From positions 13,020,001 through 13,084,000 of the forward strand of contig OZ059897.1 of NCBI GenBank assembly GCA_964057225.1: a DNA stretch of 64,000 nucleotides. The letters are read 5' to 3'. A program made the position numbers and the translations under genes. The notes under the pieces were generated by a model. That model saw only the letters and a list, made by a program, of their open reading frames with translations, was not told the origin of the DNA and made no database searches. This stretch comes from Auanema rhodensis. Taxonomy: Eukaryota; Animalia; Nematoda. This document shows, one piece after another, positions 13,420 to 26,749 of this stretch; the first letter of the stretch is position 1; every line of letters starts with the position of its first letter.

Positions 13420-14249
13420 TCTTCTGTGAATAAATACAAATATAGTATTAGTTAATAATCTTTATAACTGGATCTTATGATAAAAAGAGCAAATCAATAT
13501 TAATATATTATTGTCCAGCATTACTACTACTCGCCATGGATGTGAAGGAAAATCACAGTCGTCTACAATGAATCAAGCAACATAGTATTGCTACAATACA
13601 AAGAATTCTAGGAGAAACCAAGTAAGCGACGACATACCCGTGAGCAACTATAAAGGAGAATCTGAGAGAATACATAACAAGAAAGGAAACGACAGTGGTT
13701 AATCATATCTACGGAAAAAGTTGGTACTACAAGTTCGAGATATCAGTCCAGTGCTTATCTCATCCGTAATTCTAAGAAAACTGATATCGGTAGGCGTTAT
13801 GATATGAATGCATAGTACAAATTACAATATATAAAAATAAACAATTGTGAAGAAAGAGAAGAAATTAAAGGGATGAGAAAGAGAAAATAAACTCGACATG
13901 CAAAGGCCGCTACAGGACGTTTAACCGTAATAAGAGCACGAAAACTGCAAAATGATAAGTAAAATAAATTTTCAGAAGGCAACTAATGGAATACAGAGGG
14001 GACCTGCATTAGTCCACCGGATAAACAGCGATATTCGTAATATACGAGTTGCATATATGTTAGTTATGTAGAGATCGGTGTCAGAAACATCAGAATATGA
14101 GGTAGTTAGTGTTCGGTAGAAAATACTAAGTGTAAATATGCACAACTACAAGGCAAAGCAGGAATAAATTAGTAGAATGGAAGAATTGGTAATCAAAAAT
14201 GACACAAAAACAGAAAAGAAAGATTTGAAAAGTGTAACGAACTAAAAAT

Positions 14250-17200
14250 TTAAACAACAAGTCGAGCAACAGAATGATAAAGTCGCAGGAGTGATTGCAT
14301 ATGAACCGGCAAACAACATCTGCGCTCTCCATACCTTGCATCCATATTAAGCCATGATAGTGCATTATAAGTTTCAAGAACATGCCTGGAAAAAAAATAT
14401 AGTAAAAGACAATGGAACGGTATAACAAACCTTAACACTTCATCTGTTCGTTGACTATCTAAAGGATGAACTGTTTCAAGCTTATCGTTTGAAACTGCTT
14501 TGTTCTTTTGTTCTTTTTGCTGAATTAATTCTTCTCCCTGATCTTGATCATTTCCAGAACATTGAACGTTGATATGAAGGGAAGACTTCAAATGAACAGG
14601 CAAGTTCCTTTTAGAGCTAGGACAGCTAGCCCAGAACCATTCAGGTAGATCACCCGCAGGCGCAGTTGATACCAAGAAGCCGATAGCTAATGGCTGATTT
14701 TGCAAAGGTTCGGCTATAAGCAAAAGATAAGATCAATTTAAACAAACTACGATTACATTGCCCATTATCAGGGAAAAACGCATTGGAGCCTCCTTGTCGA
14801 TAAGTAGCACTTTGTTGTGGACCAGCGTCTGTATTATCCAATCCAACCACAATATCAGCAAAATCATCGTCTTGAGGGAAGTCGAGAGAACCTCCCAATC
14901 CATCCCATGCATCATATTCATCATCAGTAGCTTGCTCACCACCTGATAAATCGATTTGGGTGTTAACGGGGAAAACCATAATGTGGGTGCAGCTAAAATC
15001 TCCTGGTGTGTGGAAGTTAGATCTTTTTTTCCTAAACATATCAATAAACATTGAAGCATAATAATTGACGTACGGGATTCCTTCAGAGTTCACGAGCTTT
15101 GGATAGATTCGAAGATATGGTTCAGGTTCAGTGGAAATGAGACAAGCAGAAAGAATTGCAGGAGTACCAAGAGTTCCAGACGTTTCAAGGCAAGAGCCAC
15201 AAAATTCTTTGGTCCGACTAGATATTCTTCTTAGAGATGTTTTTGTTAATAGATGTGACCAAGCTGAACAAAATAAATATTAAGAAGAAATAAAAGCTAT
15301 GCAAACCTTTGAACTCTCCATGCCCTATGCGACCAAGTCGTCCAATGACAAGTCGTACGTTTCTGATATCCATAGAAATAACTCCTTGTATATATTGCCA
15401 GAGTCTAGACATAGCATCAAGAATTTGGGTCTTTGACTTGTACTTGATACATTCTCTGTAAACAAAAACTATAAATTTGTATGCCAATTAAATTCATACG
15501 GTGGAGCACTGGTCTGTGGTCGAATATTAATTAAGCAATTATCATTCATTCTTCCATGAGAATCAGTCACCGATGCGCAAAGGAACTCATCTCCAATAAG
15601 ACAGTAAGTCACTAAGAGAACCTGCTCTTCTTGTGAATATTGCAAAATCTTATTGGTAACTGTTTCTTGTACAAGCCATGGCTGAGGAGCAAGGAAGAAG
15701 GGACAAGATGGAACCTGAAAATGCATATATCAACCAAGAAAAATAATTTTGCTCGACTAACACTATATATCACTGGTCCGATTTGCTCCCATTCCGCTAC
15801 ACAATCAAGCAATTGACTTCCAGGACCGAAACGGGTCATACATCTCGCTTTCACATCCAGAGCATTTTCTGGAGTCAAAAGCCGTGGAGCTGTGTACACA
15901 GATAAGGCTGTAGACTTTAAGGAATCGTGAATATTATATTCGCGAGGTACTTCACGATGATCATCTAAAAATAATATATTATTCTAAAACAGTTAAATAA
16001 AATAAAAAACTCACGTGATAAATAGTCCATCACACCCTCATCATCCATGGAAAAATCTTCAATTAAGCCTCCATGGTGAAGAGCACGCGAAATAGGCACA
16101 ATTTCAAGGTGTAGTTGAGATCTTAGCTTTACCGGAATTCTATTTTGAATGGAATTGAACGCTCTAATCATAGCTAAGGTCGATAAACGAGCAGCTAAGT
16201 TCGTTTTTCCTTCATAATTCCAATTAAACGGATTGAAAACATAGATTACAACGACTTGTGTTAATGTTCCAGGATCATCGACAGGAGTGTCTTCAGCTTC
16301 CAGAGGAGGGTCTTCTTTAAAAATAGTTCGTGGAACAACAGTGATGGGTATCAATCCTGGTTGTGATGCGTCCAACAATTCTTGAAGTGGGCCAGTTTGC
16401 TGTTGAGGAGTTGTTTGTTGAGAACCATTGTTAGAAGCAGCAGTTGAATCAGATGTGGGAGTTGATGTAGAAGCTGGGGCGGGAGCAGAAGGAGTAGACG
16501 TCAAGGACTCGTTGGACAAATCACTTCGTTCTTTCGAACCAGCAGGAGTAGATGATCTAGCATAAGTCTGAGCTTCGTAAGCTTCGGCAGTAGTAGGGAT
16601 ATTAATTTCATGAAGGAAGTCACAATTGATAACTAAAAAAAAATGTTAATGACTTATGCATTTTTAAAAATACCTTTAGGTCCAGGCTGAGAATGAAGAG
16701 AAGCAGATGGATTGGCCTCATACATCTGAAGAAGAGATGCAGTTGTTTTTTCAGCTTCAGCAGCTATCGCGGCTACTGCCTGCTTCTTGAGCCTTTGATC
16801 CAAAGCGAGAGCCTGACGATATGTAGAACGCAAAAACATTTCCTTATTATTTTCGATAATGTTGACAATTTGTTCTTCCATATCATGAGTGAATAGCTGA
16901 ATTAAACATAGAATAGTGGAAAGAAAAAACAAAAACCAACCCCGATCATAGTCACAAGCTTTTGATGTTCTTCACTATCTATATTAACACGTTTCAAAAA
17001 CTCTCCCATATCGTCAGTGCATCCTTTGCCGTATTGCTTTCCACCAACACGAACTAGACCTTCTTTAATGTCGCCTAAGTTCCAACTTATATGCTTTCCG
17101 AGTTTCATGCGTTCGTAAAGCCTTGAACAAGATTATAATTAAAATTCAAAACGTATTAAACATACTTGCTGAGCTCCTCAACATATTTGGCAACATGCGG

Positions 17201-20200
17201 AGCTACAACATCATTATCTGGCAAGACAGTTAAGTAAAGCACATCTTTAGGTTGATCAACGGGAGCCAAAGAAAGATCTTCCCAATACCCAAGCACATGA
17301 GGGGATGCTCGGATGAGGTCCTTATCGCAACCAATAAGAATGTAGGGAATGGGTTCAGCAGCATGACCTTCGTCATCTGATGGAGACACCTTCTGTATAA
17401 GAGCAAATTATGTTTGACATAAGTTTATATTTTTACCTGAACTTTGGAAGTAAGTGATTTCCAAGTAAGGGGTCCTTCAACAATGTTGAAGGAAGCAACA
17501 TCGCCAGTACAACGGACTATTCTCATTGCTTTTTCCAACGCTGGTTTAAGATCGTGCATTAAATCAACAACATCAGCATCAATTATCGTTGTCATTTCTT
17601 TAGCGATCTGAAAGAAAAAAATTAGCAAAAGCTAGGTTGAAATATCGAACTTGTAAACCCCAAGGGTGGAAATACTCCAAAAACTTATGATCGAATTGTC
17701 CTGTGCTGATAGATCGAGAACGACTTCCACTGACTAAAAATTAAGCATTTGTTGATAAATTGAGGTAATGAAATATACCCAGAGCAAGATCAACTGTGGA
17801 GTTTCCTAGAAGCATTAGCTCAGTACTATCAATTTGGGAGATGATGTAATCAGAACATGAATCAACAGAATATCCCAGAGTTTCTCCTTTATGTATCCTA
17901 TTAGCATATTCATGGAATTGTACAATAAAATCAGCTTCTTTTCCTATGTAAGATCTTTGACAGATAGCACGCAATTGATTTAACATCAAAATATCTCCCA
18001 TGTTAGTTGGATTAAAGCTGAAATAATAATCATTACTTAGTATATGCACATCACACATACAAAGCGAATCTACTGAAGGTTTCTGAGAATACTGAATGAA
18101 CTGGAGCAGTGGAGCACTGATTTCCTGTTGCTTCGCAAGCGTCTTCACGAAATAGGCCAGATTGTTGAGACAAGTAGCGGTGTCTTACAGCGCTAAAAAA
18201 AAACTATGATCAGAAGTTGACAAATTAAAAAAAAACCTGAATCCGCAATTGCAAACATTTCCGAAATTTCCGCTAAATCCGCTCCAACTATTAATATTTG
18301 CATGCTGAGAAGAACTTCTCAATATATCAGTTGGAGTAATGTACAATCCCAATTCTCTTGCACGAATGGATGTATTACAGGAGCAAATAGGACAAGAATC
18401 AAAAACAGTATCATAATGAAGATCAAGAATAGTATCCTGAAAAAAAAATGCTCTTGACTAATTGAATTTTTGTGTTAAACCTGGAGAATAATCGCTAGTA
18501 CAATACTTGTACCTTCAGCTTGAGTGTTCTCTCGAATGGTAATACATGGTGGTTGCTGGTTAGCAGGTTGAGCATTGCCAAATTGATTACTCTGCTGTTG
18601 CATCATAGACATTTGCTGTAATATACATGAGAAAACATCTTATACTACGCATGAATACCTGGGGCATCTGTCTCATATGCATTGGAGGTACACCCATTCC
18701 TGGACCAGGTCCACCAGCCATTCCTTGGGGATACTGCTGCTGCATATACATCATACTGAAAAATTGTAAAATGAATTGTTTGAAATAACAAAGATAGCTT
18801 ACTTTGATGGAGGTCCATTCATAGAGGATTGCATCATTTGATCACCATACGGCATCATAGAATTTCCGCTCATCTTAAATATGTAAATTAGCAACATATC
18901 ATTTGAAAACTTTACCTGTCCCTGAGGTGGTCCACCATACATGCCCATCTGATTAAGATGACCCATTGGACCAGTAGGCCCTCCAGGTCTCATTGGTCCT
19001 GTTTGGTTCATAGGTCCCCCTTGATTCATTGGTCCACCTTGATTCATTGGTCCACCTTGATTCATTGGTCCACCTTGACTCATTGGTCCACCTTGATTCA
19101 TTGGTCCACCTTGATTCATTGGTCCACCTTGATTCATTGGTCCACCTGGGTTCATAGGTCCTCCATGATTCATAGGCCCTCCTGGGTTCATTGGTCCGCC
19201 TGGCATCATAGGACCAGTCGCAGACATTGGTCCTGATGGTCCCATCGCCCCTCCTGGTAGCATTATTGGTGTTGGTCCCATTTGACCCATTGGGTGTGGA
19301 TTCATTGCCATTTGATTAGGATGCCCCATGGGAGGTCCCATTTGCAATCCATTCATTTGAGGCATACCCATTTGAGGATGTGGTGGCATATTTCCATAAG
19401 GCATAGGACCACGCCTAAAGAAAAAAAGTATTTCAGTCATATTTACAAATCTTACATGTTATTAGCATATCCTGGAGGTCCCATATGATGTGGACCATAG
19501 CCCATTTGTTGAGAAGGCATATAATGAGGAGGATTTCCGTATTGAGGTGTCATTCCACGAGACATCATCATTTGATTATTATGTCTCATCATCATTTGAT
19601 TTTGAGAATATCCTGGCATCATCATGGGGTGTGAAGGGGTAGTTTGGGGATGAACAGCTTGGTGTCCGAAATCAATCTAAAATATGTTTTAGCTGAGACA
19701 AAGCACTACTAATGTGAAAGCGATCTATCAAGGAAGTAATCCTGCTAACCATATAAGAAGAGGGACTTGCCGATCCAGTAGGAGTTACGGAGAATTGTCG
19801 ACTGGACATTTGATAAACAGAAAGAATAGACGTAGTAGGTGGAGGAAGTTGTATAGTAGTTTTCTCAGGCTTCTTCTCAGCTTTGATTTTCTCCTTTAAC
19901 TTTTCATAATCTAAGGGCATTGCATTTCTTCTTGATGACCTCAAAAGTCGGCAGAAATTTTCATTCTGAAAGAAAAAATACAGCTTTTGAATGCTAAATT
20001 ATTAAATTTACCTTTCGTAATCCGAACCTCCCACTCAAATTAAGTTTCATTTTAGGGAGAGTGTTTGCAATTGGATGGTCTCTTATAGTAGAATAAAAAT
20101 TGAACTAGAAAAAGATTTTTATAAATGGCTAAAAAAATTAATAACCATACCACTTTACTCTCTTTCTTAATATCATAATAATCATCTTCCTTCTTAACAA

Positions 20201-23200
20201 GAGTTATTTTCTTAACAGGCTTAGGTGGTGGAACAGGAACAGAAATTGGAACAACAGGCAATAATTCCTCAACACGTTCTTCTTCTTCAGATACTTCTTC
20301 TTTCGGTGAACGCATCTCAACTGCAGTTACTATTGGGACAACGCTAGTTTCTGCTGGGCTAAATTGTTGAGCTTCTCCAATAACACTAGGAGGTGTTGGA
20401 TAAATTTTATTCAAAGATTCACCAACAGACGGAGGGCCTTGCTTAACAATATTCTGAGGCTGCAATGAGATCATAATTGTAAAACTTTGAAAATAATAGA
20501 TACCATATATCCTTCCATCCTTTCATTACTGGCCGGAGGAGATAAAATGTTGTAACTTCCACTGTCCACTTCCATAGGCTCGTCTACGTGTTTTTTCTCG
20601 GAATCGTCACAATCCTGGTTACTATCTGTCACACTCGTCTTGTGGTCTACGATTACGTCAGGTACTAAATCCAACAAAAGCACTAATCAAAAAAAAATTC
20701 AAATGCTTACCAGACGGTTCGGACATATCAGATTCAAAGATGTCAGGTTCAGACTCATCTTCTTCTTTAATTGGAAGAAAAGGGGGGCCAAACGATCTTG
20801 TTTTGACTCGAAAATCTTCCTGAAAAAATATCGCTATGAACAGTTCTTTAGAATGAATAGTTTTAATTTTAATAAAAAAAACTGACAGCAGAATCTTGAG
20901 TAATAGCCGTCATATCTAATACTTCCAAATCAGGCCAAGAGCACTGAATATCGGAAGGAAGTTTTTCCATACGTTCACATTCAATATCACCAGCCTATAC
21001 GATAATAATAAACAAAAAAAATAGTTTTGAAAGCTCACAATGGTGGACATCGTTTCTTTCAAAGCCTTCTTTATACCAGGAACCATACGAAGATGTAGAT
21101 CATCAGTATACGTTTTATGATTAGACTCTACTTCAGGTGGAGGAGATGAAGTCGCAGGGATCTGAGAAACAGTTTTAAAAAATAAAATGGAAAATATATA
21201 TACCGTGTCTTGACTACCAGGAGGTAAACGTCCAGAAATGTTATAACCTTTTTTATGATACATTCGGGCATCCAATCTGGACAGATGATAATCCATGTGG
21301 GGAGCATCTCGACTAACTAGGAAAGGATTGAATGAATAATTCAAATCCCTAGCGCGATCTCGAAGCTTGTTAGATGATAGAGCCCTAAACGATCGGGATA
21401 CGTTGGAAAATCATTGGTAAAATAACTTACTTTCCGCCGAAAATCTTTTGCACCTCACCCTCGGGAAGATGATCCAGATCACTCATATTAAGAGCACAAT
21501 CGCTATTACAAGGTGAGAGCATCTTGAAAAAAAAATTATCAACAACAAGAAAAAGAAAACAAACCGTCACAGGATTGAAAGGGGAAATTGGAACATTGCA
21601 ATCTTCTTCAGATGGACACGGGGAAGAGAGACTATCATCTTCATTAGAGGGAAAATCAACACTTGTAACTAATGTGTTTCTATCAGTTCTAGCCCAAAAT
21701 GGAGTTCTGCATCTCTCGTCTTCTTCATCACTTGAATGTTCCGGAGGAAGACCTTCAGGGGTATCTGGACGCTCATCAACCGACACTGCGAATTTCCTGA
21801 GAGAAAAAAAGAAACTCATAGAGATATTTGGTTTAACATACCACTTGCTTCGCTGTTTTACCTTGTGCATCATACGAACAATTGGCTTTCTGCGTTTCTG
21901 GCCAGAAAATTGGGGATTGGCACAAGCAGTTGGAGCGCAATCCACAAACGGAGTAGATGGTCTGCTTTGAGTATCACCTAAGTATCCCGAAGGCTCATTT
22001 ACTTTGTAATCGTTTTTCGTGTTACAACGTTTGCAATCACTATTTCGTGAGAAATCGATAGGATCATGAAATCCCCATCTAAACATAATTATTTTAAAAA
22101 TTAAAACAAGAAATTCTGACTTCAAATCATCATCAACCTCAATAGGAGCGTTGGAAAATGGTTTACGAAATTTATCTCGCTTCTTTTCTGCCGTACTTAT
22201 ATAGGCCTTTTCAAATGCTGCTTGAACACCAATCAAGGATCGTTTTCTGTTTAGCACATGCCTGCTTCGTGCTCCACTAGTGCCTAAAACATGGATATAA
22301 TATAAATAAAGATAGTCAAGCTTTACTAACCGCTCAATTCTCCATATTCGCGGAGTAAACCGTTAGGCAATTCATCTTTACTCCATGTAGGAGCGTCATC
22401 TTCTAGCGTAACTCCAATGAGAGATGAAGGATAAAGCATTCTAATTCCATCTATTTCTACCACCACCATTTTAGGAATAGTGGGAGCCTAGAAAATTTCC
22501 ACTTTAAAAGGATTAATATAAGATTCCCCCACATCATCTCGACTATTTTCATTTCGAGTTTCGTCTAATTCTATAAACTCTTTCCATTCATCCCATTGTC
22601 GATCAGCACTGCTCTAGAATAATATTATATATAATCAAATCATCAATTAGAGCTCCCATACCTGCATTTTTGATGACTCTGCTTCTGAAGCTGGAAGTAA
22701 ATATCCTCGTATTGACCAGGGACTTAAAATGACCTGCACTTTTTTCTCACTATCCAAATGCCTGAAAGTGAGAACGTATTAATCAACAGAACATTTATTA
22801 TTAGTAAGTTTACAAACAAAGAGTAACATATGCAGTTAAATATTTTGTACAGTTTCGGTAAAACAATTCCTAGTACAAAATAACTAAAACCATAATAAAG
22901 TTTTGCATAACTGACCTTTTCGACAATCGAAGTAGGGTTGGCTGTCTCTGATTATTAATTGTCATACAAACGATATTTCCTCCATGAACGAAACATTGCA
23001 TATTAAATGCGGGGCAGTAGCTAAACGTTTTAAAAATTAAAATTATTCACGATAACATATTAAATTACCTTGGAGTTAGTAAATCAGCACAAAAACCTCT
23101 CGTATCTCTAGCCAAAGGTTTAGTAAACCACCGACCAAATCTTATATAGCCAGATTTCGCGAGAGAACGTTCAATTACAGTATGCAGAGCTTTGAAGAAC

Positions 23201-23815
23201 AATATCCGAACTTCATACGGAATACCATTTACTGCGGTACCAGGCTCAGCATCTTCGAGATTTTCTGTAAAAAGGTAAATGATCAAAGGAGACAATATAA
23301 ATAGTAAACCTAGTTGTGACGTGAAATTTAAAAGTTTTGGTGGGATATCTTGACTATACCAAAAACACCACAGTTCCTTAATAAAATAAAATAAAATAGA
23401 AATTATTAATATAAGCGAACCTTAGATATATCATTAGTAAAGGAGGGTACTGGAAGGGGCTCCGGCTTTACCGACATCGGTAAAGGTTTTCGGCGCCAGG
23501 TGCATATATAACCTTCCTAAACAATAGTAACAGTAACTTTAACCTCTAATAATAAAATATAGAAACCTGGAGACATTTTCCATATGCTTTTAACACATAG
23601 TCATTAGGAACTGGTACTCCTCTTGGAGCGTTGGAAGGAGTTACAAAGCAACGCCATTTTAACCCATTTAGTTCAGTCTGTAAAATCAATTGTTTAACGC
23701 ATCAACTTTATATCAAACATACTAAAGCGAAAACGTTGGAGTAACAGTCCTCCAGGCTACCACCATTACATGGCAGAGCCTTATAAGTACAAGAACTATA
23801 ACCGGATGCCGAAAT
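14250..23815 (-). CDS. let-19: Mediator kinase-module subunit MED13; start codon uncertain
   Basis: N-terminal [24 protein letters not shown], then [32 protein letters not shown], and C-terminal [25 protein letters not shown]...RRCCLPVHM are MED13 hallmarks. Dozens of short introns; stop TAA at 14250-52. Confidence 0.95.
19003..19200 (-). repeat. Coding 18-bp tandem repeat, 11 units of GGPM(N/S)(Q/P/H), in MED13
   Basis: Units such as TTGATTCATTGGTCCACC are repeated head-to-tail on the + strand. Confidence 0.95.
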
Positions 23816-24654
23816 GGTTACTGGATTTGAAACTAATATCTATAAAATACTTTTTTTTTAATTTTAATATCAAAATATGCAACTTACAAGAAAAGAACAA
23901 ACATCAGTTAGCTTCAAATGAAAAGCGAAAGTATGATCGCGCGCTTAACCACTGTCGATTGTTGAAGTTATCGCACGAACTCTGCAAAAAAAGCCATTTT
24001 AAATATGAATAACATGAAAATAACGGAAGCTATTAGATCAAAATGTACATAAATATCATTATTATATACAAAATAATTTTAAAAAAAAAGAAAAGAAAAT
24101 TTGCATATTTAAAAGATATTCACTTATGGCGCGAAGTCAATATATTTAAAATGCCATAGAATAAAAGGTCAAAGCATAGTCCAAAAACATCCATACTCAC
24201 ATAAAGTATGAAAGAGTTAAGAAAAATTAAAATATGGAAGAAATAAAACAAGTTTGGCTGAAACATAATAAAATACTTTGGATTGCAAAGATAAATATAG
24301 TGATGAAGAAGCGCGAGAGAGTAGATGAGATAGTGACAATACGGAAAGATAGTGGCATGAATTTTCAGTTTTACCAGTGAATAGGAAAACAAAACATTAA
24401 GAAAGTGGTATGAATATTAGAAGCAAAGGTGGCGTGTGTTCCTTCAATGTTTACTCGAAAAAATAGAAAAACATCTGCGAAGAAGCTGATACAGATAAAG
24501 CAACATAACGCCGTTGAAAATACGAAAATTGAAAAACTACAAATCTCAACTGATTACTAGAAGCTTCTAGAAGAGATCTGGAAGACAAAATATATATAAT
24601 TTTTAAAAAGAAGTTAATAAGGTGTAAGAAAGTGTGGAAGTACGGATGGATGTG

Positions 24655-24720
24655 AGTTCTCGGAGTGAGAGCGCGGACCGCGCCGCGAAACACGCGCGCC
24701 GCGGTCGATCAATCCCCAAC
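24655..24720. promoter_or_regulatory. GC/CpG-rich putative let-19 promoter with E2F-like motif
   Basis: GAGAGCGCGGACCGCGCCGCGAAACACGCGCGCCGCGGTC contains TTTCGCGGC on the minus strand and an inverted repeat GACCGCG/CGCGGTC. It lies about 0.85 kb upstream of the let-19 coding start. Confidence 0.5.
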
Positions 24721-26749
24721 ACTAACCCCCCAACAAAGAGAGAAAGACAGAGAGAAACGGACGGACGGACGACCACACATATACACACCATCACCACACA
24801 ACACAACACCATAAACCTAATACTTATAAGAAACATGAAAAAGGATATTGACTTCTAACTGCCAAATTGACAAAATATATGATTTTGAAATAACTTTATA
24901 TTAAATGAAGCTTTTCTCTGTCCCATCAATATTATACATCTCGGAATACTGATGCGGAAATCATGAAATAAAGAGCGGAATTCAGAACATTCCGTTTTAG
25001 TAGTGGTCTTTCCATAACTTCATGTTAATCGCTATGCCTGTGGCGTCTCCCATGATGTATATCGAAATCTTTAGAGTTTCTCAGTTCAAAGTGATTTGTC
25101 TCTGTTGGTTACCTCTTCTGATTTCCTGTTTTGTCGTTTCGTTTTCTTTCTTTTTTTTTCATTTTACACACTCTTAACTAATGCAAATCTTTTGGGCTAT
25201 CTAAACTTTCGCCAAGGTTAGTATTCGTAAATTTTCACGTCCGAAGAGATGCAACTCATTATGGAATTGACAATAGTTGTCTCACTTCTTATCAGTCATG
25301 TCCACCTAAGGAATTGAAGACTTATAGTCTTTGTACTTCAACACTTGAAATCGGGCAATCACAGTGTTAGAGGAAAGTTGAAAACAATTTATAGAAATGT
25401 GATTGTTTTTATTATTAGAAACACGTGTTCAGTTTGATTGCTGTTGCTATCTTACTCTTTTTTCTTGCTCATCTGTTCCGTGTCTTCCATACATATCCTC
25501 TAATTTAACTTTTTAACTCTCGACATTCTACATTCTTTATTTATTGATATGTTTTTGTTTTCTTTTCAATTTCAAAAGTTCACTGCATATGAGTATGCAT
25601 TTTGTTCATTTCATATGTACACTCAAGTATGTATATGACATCAGACTTAGAACACTTATTTCTTCTGAAAAGCGGCTGTTTTTTTAAATGCTTGAGAAAA
25701 TTTTTGAACTTACTGCATTGGTTTATATTGTTTATTACTTTAGGATTGCTGAAACAACAAGATTGTTCTGCCTATTTTTAGTTTAAATGCACAATGAGCA
25801 TTTAACATTTAATTAGACTGACATGACTTTTACTTATAATATTATTCAGGATCGTCCTGTTGTTTAATTATTCAATTGAATAAATATTTTTAATTTGCAT
25901 GATAATTTGAATGTTTCTTTCTCTAACTAGATATTTACAGACTGTTATTATGCTTCAAAAAAAAATCAAAATTTAGAAACTGTAACAAATATTATATTCA
26001 CGAATTTAATGTTTTTTTTCTCCAGTTATTCGTGATAAAACTGATAATACAAGCAGATTACGTGAAAATCATGTGAATTTGACACAGAAACGAAGCTCAT
26101 TTTTTAAATTTGATGGTCAAGGAGCGGTTGTAATACATTTGAAAACATTTGAAAAATCTATTATTTATTATTCTCATACGATATAAAAGTTCCAACTGTT
26201 AAAGAATTATCAAACATGATATATATATATTTATTGATAAATGTCTAAGAGGATAATATTTCGTGTTAACTATGATATTATACGAATATAACCAAGAAAC
26301 AAAAAAGGAGCTTGTGAATCTTCTGAAACTTAACTCAATTATACAATTTAGTTTTCAATTTTTTTTATAAAGAAAAAAAATTAAGTGGAAATAAAATGAA
26401 ATGAAGTAGCCACCAATATAGTACATATTGCACGTATGAACAATAAGTAATAAAACTTACTGAGAATTATACAATTATTATGCATTGACTGTCATGAGTA
26501 ATTTCAGATATATAAAATATTATATAGTGATTTTCCTTGTATCTAACATTTAAATAGCCATATAAGTACGTAGTTCATTAAATTGAAGCAAACATTATCT
26601 GGAATGTGTACCATAAAACGTAAGATTTAGCTTTTATATAAAACAAAACTTAAGCATATTCACGATTGATTATAAAACATCGTATACTGAATAAAGAAGG
26701 AATAAAAGATATTCTATCTTATTTGAGAATTTTGATGCTTAACCGATTT

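Noticed and set aside
14098-14120. TGAGGTAGTTAG as a let-7-family miRNA gene
   Set aside because: There is no complementary arm for a pre-miRNA hairpin; it is better explained as a target site on the opposite strand.
18958-19236. Plus-strand ORF with (WSTLIH)n repeats
   Set aside because: Antisense shadow of the MED13 GGPMNQ repeat.
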